Below, piece after piece: positions 58,828 to 64,000 of a stretch of 64,000 nt of DNA; the stretch's first letter is position 1, and each line of letters begins with the position of its first letter. Origin of the DNA: an uncultured Flavobacteriaceae bacterium (GTDB lineage Bacteria; Bacteroidota; Bacteroidia; Flavobacteriales; Flavobacteriaceae); the NCBI GenBank assembly GCA_905479745.1, contig CAJQNO010000027.1, positions 250 to 64,249 of the forward strand, in the 5' to 3' direction. The notes under the pieces are model-generated. The model saw only the letters and a list, made by a program, of their open reading frames with translations, did not search any database and was not told where the DNA came from. The position numbers and the translations under genes were made by a program.

Positions 58828-59034
58828 ATGCCTACATACAAAGAGCGACAGGAAAACTTAGAATACTTCGTTTTATTAGATGGAGATAATGTGCTTGGAA
58901 CTTTCGGTAACTTAAAAAAGGTTTGTGATTTCCTGGACGGAAAAGATTTCTATTCTTATAATACAATCGTGCGCAAAAAAACCTACCCCGTGATCTACAA
59001 AAACTACAAGGTGTTTAAGGTTAAGCATTATTAA
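58828..59034 (+). CDS. small hypothetical protein
   Basis: 68 aa from the ATG right after the putative IS end (MPTYKERQENLEYFVLLDGDNVLGTFGNLKKV...). No family recognised. Confidence 0.35.
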   Translation: MPTYKERQENLEYFVLLDGDNVLGTFGNLKKVCDFLDGKDFYSYNTIVRKKTYPVIYKNYKVFKVKHY

Positions 59035-59261
59035 GTATCATTTAAATACTTCTGAATATAATAGTACTTGCTCTGCTTTGATGTATTCGGAATATATATC
59101 TGAAGTGTATCTTTCATCCTGTTTCGTAAAGTTGTCAATCCCATTCCTATATCAATTTCTTTCATCCGTATTGCATTATAGAAGGCGGTAATGTTAGATT
59201 CGACAATTACTACTTCATCATTATTAACCAGAAAGAATAATTTATCGATATTATTATTCAT
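59031..59261 (-). CDS. small hypothetical protein
   Basis: 76-aa ORF. Convergent with the previous ORF and overlaps it by 4 nt. Confidence 0.35.
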   Translation of the reverse strand: MNNNIDKLFFLVNNDEVVIVESNITAFYNAIRMKEIDIGMGLTTLRNRMKDTLQIYIPNTSKQSKYYYIQKYLNDT

Positions 59262-59361
59262 AAGTTATCAATAATCTAAGTATTTATCATTTTTTGTTAT
59301 ATACTTATTTATCTGTCAATATTAAAACAAAAAAAAATGATGCGAATTAAAAAATTATCCT

Positions 59362-59369
59362 TACATTTG
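59362..59369 (+). promoter_or_regulatory. Bacteroidota-type -7 promoter box TACATTTG (TAnnTTTG)
   Basis: Exact match to the TAnnTTTG consensus. No clear -33 TTG, and a chance match in AT-rich DNA is possible. Confidence 0.25.
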
Positions 59370-59371
59370 AG

Positions 59372-59528
59372 CAACAAAAAACGCCAGTACGGGAATACTG
59401 ACGTTTAGAATGGATTTGAAATATTGAGATTGAGTCTATTAAACTCGACCTAAGCAGGCTAAATGAAACCTTTTTACAGCTAATGAGACTGGCTTCGACC
59501 TCCCTCTATTTCAAATCACTGTAATGAC
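59372..59528 (-). ncRNA. candidate ~150-nt small RNA (minus strand)
   Basis: A minus-strand -7 box TATATTTG (complement of 59535-59542) lies upstream. There is an 11-bp long-range stem (59413-59423 with 59507-59517). A terminal hairpin (59379-59406) is followed on the minus strand by TTTTTTG. No ORF in the region. Confidence 0.3.
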
Positions 59529-59581
59529 TTAAAACAAATATACTACTAAAGCCCCTTGATCTAGGGGTTAAACCGCTGTGG

Positions 59582-59603
59582 GTTTTCAACAAAGTTTTCA
59601 ACA
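59582..59603 (+). repeat. tandem direct repeat GTTTTCAACA-AA-GTTTTCAACA; third near-copy at 59785-59794
   Basis: Read directly: 59582-59591 and 59594-59603 are identical 10-mers. ATTTTCAACA recurs ~90 nt upstream of the 59883 ORF. Confidence 0.7.
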
Positions 59604-59882
59604 CGCCCAGCACCCAACTGTTATTTAAATTTCGTTAAATTATTGAATTATATTACTCATAATCAGTGTTTTATGTAAATTTAATTATAGTTATCAACAA
59701 TTTAAAGAAAACCCCTTTAAAAACCTTTTCAGCCTAGTATTTTAAAGGTTTCAGTCCGTTCACGGAACGAATAATCGCGCATAAATTTTCAACATTTTCA
59801 TAAAAGAAAATTTAACACGCCGCCTCTAAAATTCGGCAGATTCTTATCTTTGGTTGCTCCCCTCTCATTAAGCATTCATAAT

Positions 59883-60146
59883 ATGTCTACACTTAAAGTT
59901 AATAATGTAATCATTCACAACGGAGATCGAGAATTCAGCAAAAACGAAATCGAAAACGACTTTAATTTAAGTAACGTTGTCAATAGAGCGGTTGTTTTTA
60001 AAGGAATTGCCACGCTTTTAGACCAAATTAATACCGAAAATGCTACTCTTTATATACTTTCAGATTCCGAATATTCCGTCAGGAAAATTGAAATCCTTAA
60101 TGCAAGTGAGGAGCTTTATAAAGAGTTTTGGAATAAAACTAAATGA
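59883..60146 (+). CDS. small hypothetical protein
   Basis: 87 aa from the internal ATG (MSTLKVNNVIIHNGDREF...). No family recognised. Confidence 0.4.
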   Translation: MSTLKVNNVIIHNGDREFSKNEIENDFNLSNVVNRAVVFKGIATLLDQINTENATLYILSDSEYSVRKIEILNASEELYKEFWNKTK

Positions 60147-60330
60147 TGTTATTCCTTAAATTTTTCTCTAATTTTTTATTTTTCAATCCGACAAACAACA
60201 ACAGATCTGATAATAAACTGTAATATTCTGGTGTGCCAGGATCGCAATACTTTGCAGCAATAACCTCTATATCATTATAAAACTTACCATTAATTAATTC
60301 AGGGTTGCTGGGTATGATAAACTTTCTCAT
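60139..60330 (-). CDS. small hypothetical protein
   Basis: 63-aa ORF, convergent with the previous ORF with an 8-nt overlap. Confidence 0.3.
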   Translation of the reverse strand: MRKFIIPSNPELINGKFYNDIEVIAAKYCDPGTPEYYSLLSDLLLFVGLKNKKLEKNLRNNII

Positions 60331-60415
60331 CCTCTTTTACTTATTTTTATTTGTGGTAACTGGTATATAAGTGCCGAAGAATCACGTCTTCATTATAAAC
60401 TTAAATTTTTTCAGA

Positions 60416-61201
60416 ATGAGCAAAACATTAAAGGTTACGTTAATTACCGTACTGGCTTTCGGGTTGTATTTTTTTATTGATGAATTATTCTTCCGGGAGT
60501 TAAGAAAGTCCATCAATTATGGGATAAACCAAATGGGGGTAAGTCATATTATAGCCTATACCATAGTGGGGATTCCTATTTTTACGGGTGTTCTACTAAT
60601 ACATGGGCGTACGTTTTTTTTTAAAAGCCTGGGGCTTCAATCTTCAATTATCAAGGGGTTTTTATTCGCACTCCTCTGCACCTTGCCCATGTTCGTGGGA
60701 TTTGCATTTGTCTTCGAACTCAATCACGATATTTCGCTGAATACATTTCTCATTTCTATCGTTGCTGCCGCATTTTTCGAAGAGTTATATTTTAGAAGCT
60801 TTCTCTTTGGGCAATTATTTAGGTATACGAGATTAGGCTTCATCCCCTCTGTAATTTTAGGTGCTCTTTTGTTTGGAGCGGTCCACTTGTATCAAAGCAC
60901 CGATCCGGGAGAATTGATAGGTATATTTCTTATTACTTTTTTGGGGGGATTATTGTTCTCATGGGTTTATACGGAGTGGAAATATAACCTGTGGGTCGCA
61001 GTTTTCTTACATTTATTAATGAATTTTTCATGGGAACTATTTTCGGTGAGCGATAACGCATTTGGCAGTCTCTACTCAAATATTTTCAGGATCATTACCA
61101 TTGCCATGATTATCATACTTACGCTGGTTTATAAAAAACGCCACGGCGAGAAATTAACAATCAATAAACAAACTATTTGGAAAAAGCCTGCTAAACATTA
61201 G
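60416..61201 (+). CDS. CPBP family intramembrane glutamic endopeptidase (CAAX protease/Abi)
   Basis: Polytopic. Motifs AAFFEELYFRSFLFG, GAVHLYQ, FLHLLMN. ATG at 60416 preferred over the GTG at 60371. Confidence 0.85.
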   Translation: MSKTLKVTLITVLAFGLYFFIDELFFRELRKSINYGINQMGVSHIIAYTIVGIPIFTGVLLIHGRTFFFKSLGLQSSIIKGFLFALLCTLPMFVGFAFVFELNHDISLNTFLISIVAAAFFEELYFRSFLFGQLFRYTRLGFIPSVILGALLFGAVHLYQSTDPGELIGIFLITFLGGLLFSWVYTEWKYNLWVAVFLHLLMNFSWELFSVSDNAFGSLYSNIFRIITIAMIIILTLVYKKRHGEKLTINKQTIWKKPAKH

Positions 61202-61267
61202 GCTAAAATTAAGAAACAGGCTAAATCACTTCGGCACAATCTTCTTATCTTTAAATAAATTTTTTAC

Positions 61268-62080
61268 ATGCCGAAAGAAGCAACAGCCTATATCCTTGGA
61301 ACCGATAAGCAGGAACTTATCCGTTTGGGAATACAACACCAGGTTTGGGCCGAAGAAGCGCAGCACGGATGGGCCGTTGCGGGATTTACTGCCGGAAACA
61401 CTTTGCTCGATCTTGGATGTGGGCCGGGATACTGCACTCGCGAACTGGCTTTTATCGCCGGTGAATCCGGGAAGGTTATCGGTGTCGATAAATCTGAAGG
61501 GTATATCCATCACCTCAACGATATTAGCAGCTTGCAACACCTTAATATTGAGGCTGTCTGTACCGATTTTAACGAAATGCAACTCCAACCCAATTCACTG
61601 GATGGGATGTATTGCCGCTGGGCACTGGCGTGGCTACCTAATCCCAAGGAGATCCTGGAGAAAGTGTACCGCGCACTCAAACCGGGCGGTAAAATGGTAA
61701 TCCACGAATATTACGATTGGACAACTCACCAAACTCAACCTGGCAAAGCGGGACTTTCGGTCGCAATTGCGGCTGCTATGAAAAGCTTCCAGGATTCTGA
61801 AGGAGAAATAAATATCGGGAAGTATCTTCCAGGGATACTGTCCGGTTTTGGAATGAAGATAGAAAGTGTTAGGCCTATGGCAAAAATAGCTACACCAAAT
61901 AACCTTAACTGGCAATGGCCGAAAACCTTTTATCATAGCTATTTCCCCAGGCTTGTTGAAACCGGATATCTTTCCGAAGAAAACAAAAAGAAAGCATTCG
62001 CAGACCTAGTAGAACTTGAAAAAACAGATGGCTCGAGTATCTTTTGCCCTGTGATGACAGAGGTTATAGCCATAAAGTAA
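61268..62080 (+). CDS. class I SAM-dependent methyltransferase
   Basis: 270 aa. LLDLGCGPGYCTRELA (motif I), LKPGGKMVIHE. Confidence 0.85.
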   Translation: MPKEATAYILGTDKQELIRLGIQHQVWAEEAQHGWAVAGFTAGNTLLDLGCGPGYCTRELAFIAGESGKVIGVDKSEGYIHHLNDISSLQHLNIEAVCTDFNEMQLQPNSLDGMYCRWALAWLPNPKEILEKVYRALKPGGKMVIHEYYDWTTHQTQPGKAGLSVAIAAAMKSFQDSEGEINIGKYLPGILSGFGMKIESVRPMAKIATPNNLNWQWPKTFYHSYFPRLVETGYLSEENKKKAFADLVELEKTDGSSIFCPVMTEVIAIK

Positions 62081-62130
62081 ATTCCTTCATTTTAACTAAT
62101 TTGTACACACAAAATAAACATCGAGATTGA

Positions 62131-62712
62131 ATGGAAGAACAGTTTATAGAAGATTTTATGTTTAAAAAAAAGGACTTTTCTGAAAACGCTCTTGATAAAG
62201 GAGAATACGAATTGTGTACTTTTATAAATTGTAATTTCTCTAATTCCAACTTATCCCAAATAAGGTTTATCGACTGCAAATTTTACGAATGCAATTTAAG
62301 TACGGCAAATATTTTCCAAACGGGCTTTCAAAACGCACTATTTAAAGAATGTAAAATGTTAGGATTACAGTTTGAAAAATGTAGTGATTTTGCATTCTCA
62401 ATAAAAGTTGATAATTGCCAATTAAATCATTCGTCGTTTTATAAACGAAAACTATCTAACACTATGTTTAAAAAATCCAAACTTCTAAAAGTAGATTTTA
62501 CTGAATGTGATTTGAGTTCATCTGCTTTTGATGATTGTGATTTACAAGATGCCATTTTCAATCATACCAATTTACAAAATGTCGATTTTAGAAATTCAAC
62601 TAACTTTAACATCGACCCGGAAAACAACAGTATTAAAGGAGCGAAATTTAGCTTAGAAACCGTAGTAGGGCTTTTAGAAAAATACAATATCAAAATAGAA
62701 CGAAACCTATAG
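62131..62712 (+). CDS. pentapeptide repeat-containing protein
   Basis: 193 aa. Continuous A(D/N)LXX-type repeats (CNFSNSNLSQIRFIDCKFYECNLSTANIFQTGFQNALFKEC...). Confidence 0.85.
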   Translation: MEEQFIEDFMFKKKDFSENALDKGEYELCTFINCNFSNSNLSQIRFIDCKFYECNLSTANIFQTGFQNALFKECKMLGLQFEKCSDFAFSIKVDNCQLNHSSFYKRKLSNTMFKKSKLLKVDFTECDLSSSAFDDCDLQDAIFNHTNLQNVDFRNSTNFNIDPENNSIKGAKFSLETVVGLLEKYNIKIERNL

Positions 62713-62748
62713 ATTACAAATCTGGACAGTAATACCAACAGCAACGCC

Positions 62749-63144
62749 ATGATCGACCAGAAACAAATGAGAATAATTGGGATCGCTCATAACTGGGCAA
62801 TTGCCTTATTACTAATAATAGGGATCTTGCTTTTTATTTTTTCCTTGATCTCGGGATCCGATACCTATGGAGGAGGATTATCGGGCTTAACTAAGAATAG
62901 TCCGAACAGTATCCCGTGGATCATCCTGTTAGTTCTGGTCATCATTGCTAGGAAGAATTATGCGTGGGGCGGCTTTCTTCTACTAATATTTGGTGGAATG
63001 ATTACCTATTACTTTAATTTCAGGGGAGGCAACTTATTTGTCAGCACCTTTATTTTCTGCCTTACGGTGGTGTTTCTGTCTCTCGTAATCCTATTTACCG
63101 GAGCGGCCATTTCAAAACACAAAAAGGATAATGAATCGCGGTAA
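62749..63144 (+). CDS. membrane protein, unknown function
   Basis: 131 aa with 4 hydrophobic helices. Confidence 0.5.
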   Translation: MIDQKQMRIIGIAHNWAIALLLIIGILLFIFSLISGSDTYGGGLSGLTKNSPNSIPWIILLVLVIIARKNYAWGGFLLLIFGGMITYYFNFRGGNLFVSTFIFCLTVVFLSLVILFTGAAISKHKKDNESR

Positions 63145-63174
63145 ACTACTACCGCTTAAATATAAAATCGATAC

Positions 63175-64000
63175 ATGAGCCAATTTCACATTAAAAATTT
63201 AGAAGAATATTTCCAGGTATACCGAAAATCTGTCCGCCATCCGGAAATTTTCTGGGAAGAGATAGCCGAAGAACACTTTATCTGGAGAAAAAGATGGGAT
63301 AAAGTTTTAGATTGGGACTTCACCAAGCCGGAGATTAAATGGTTTGAAGGAGCTCAATTGAACATCACCGAAAATTGTATCGATAGGCATCTGGCAGCCA
63401 AAGGTGATAAAACTGCTATTATATTCGAACCAAATAACCCTGAAGAGACTGCACAACATATTAGCTTCAACGAGCTATCTCAGCGTGTAAACCGAATGGC
63501 TAACGTATTAAAGGCCCAGGGAATTAGCAGGGGTGACCGGGTGTGTATTTACTTACCCATGATCCCCGAACTCGCCATTGCTTTATTGGCATGTGCGCGT
63601 ATTGGTGCTATTCATTCGGTGGTGTTCGCCGGATTTTCAGCTACGGCACTTGCCACGCGAATAAACGACAGTAATTGTAAGTTGGTCATCACCAGCGACG
63701 GTTCCTTCAGGGGTACAAAAACCATCGATCTTAAGAGTATTGTGGACGAAGCACTGACCTCCTGTGACTGTGTTAAAACTGTTCTGGTGGTAAAAAGAAT
63801 TCATTCTGAAATTGATATGCATGAAGGGCGTGATCTGTGGATACAACCTCTTTTGGACAAAGCAGATTCCCATTGTCCACCGGAAATAATGAATGCCGAA
63901 GATCCTCTTTTTATTCTTTACACCTCTGGATCGACCGGAAAACCTAAAGGAATGGTTCATACTATTGCCGGATATATGGTCTACACCGCCTATACTTTTA
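63175..64000 (+). CDS. acs: acetyl-CoA synthetase (5' part, runs off the right edge)
   Basis: MSQFHIKNLEEYFQVYRKSV..FWEEIAEEHF.W...W..VLDWDF..P.IKWFEGAQLNITENCIDRHL, HSVVFAGFS, ILYTSGSTGKPKG (AMP-binding motif). The frame stays open to the window end. Confidence 0.92.
   Translation, partial: MSQFHIKNLEEYFQVYRKSVRHPEIFWEEIAEEHFIWRKRWDKVLDWDFTKPEIKWFEGAQLNITENCIDRHLAAKGDKTAIIFEPNNPEETAQHISFNELSQRVNRMANVLKAQGISRGDRVCIYLPMIPELAIALLACARIGAIHSVVFAGFSATALATRINDSNCKLVITSDGSFRGTKTIDLKSIVDEALTSCDCVKTVLVVKRIHSEIDMHEGRDLWIQPLLDKADSHCPPEIMNAEDPLFILYTSGSTGKPKGMVHTIAGYMVYTAYTF

Noticed and set aside
1-64000. Search for tRNA, rRNA, CRISPR arrays, reverse transcriptases (retron/DGR) and integrases.
   Set aside because: I saw no cloverleaf-type T-arm motifs, no regularly spaced direct repeats and no RT or tyrosine/serine recombinase motifs in any ORF. 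A tRNAscan or CRISPR-finder run would be needed to be certain.

Overview
The window looks like a Bacteroidota chromosome segment, probably Flavobacteriaceae. This is inferred from a T9SS C-terminal sorting domain, DUF6090/DUF4199/DUF4286-type proteins, TAnnTTTG -7 boxes and a general lack of Shine-Dalgarno sites. Bases 1-47.2 kb are densely packed core genes: serS, rsmA, mgtE, lysC, fbp, mfd, metG, an OmpA-family protein, an MBOAT pair, an arsR/arsN-arsC cluster, an OlsF-like aminolipid synthase, and a DUF1800/DUF1501 pair. This core stretch also holds a Ras-like GTPase cassette joined to a soluble histidine kinase whose receiver domain lacks the phospho-acceptor Asp. Bases 47.2-60.4 kb look like an accessory region and appear richer in A+T by eye (not computed). 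It starts with a 1.1 kb ORF-free gap carrying two minus-strand terminators. Next comes a tight 8-gene contractile-injection-system (CIS)-like operon at 48301-55765: unknown 269-aa protein, tail sheath, two tail-tube paralogs, VgrG-like spike, a 167-aa tape-measure C-terminal-domain-only protein, AAA+ ATPase, and a DUF4280 PAAR-like protein. The operon has no recognisable baseplate wedge, tube initiator, terminator cap, fibre or effector gene. A mobile-element mosaic follows: a short tail-less SSB, a NYN-domain protein, an IS1595-family element, four small orphan ORFs and a structured non-coding stretch. Bases 60.4-64 kb return to ordinary genes (CPBP protease, methyltransferase, pentapeptide-repeat protein, 5' part of acs). 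I saw no rRNA, tRNA or CRISPR array. All family assignments come from reading motifs in the translated ORFs; no database search was run.
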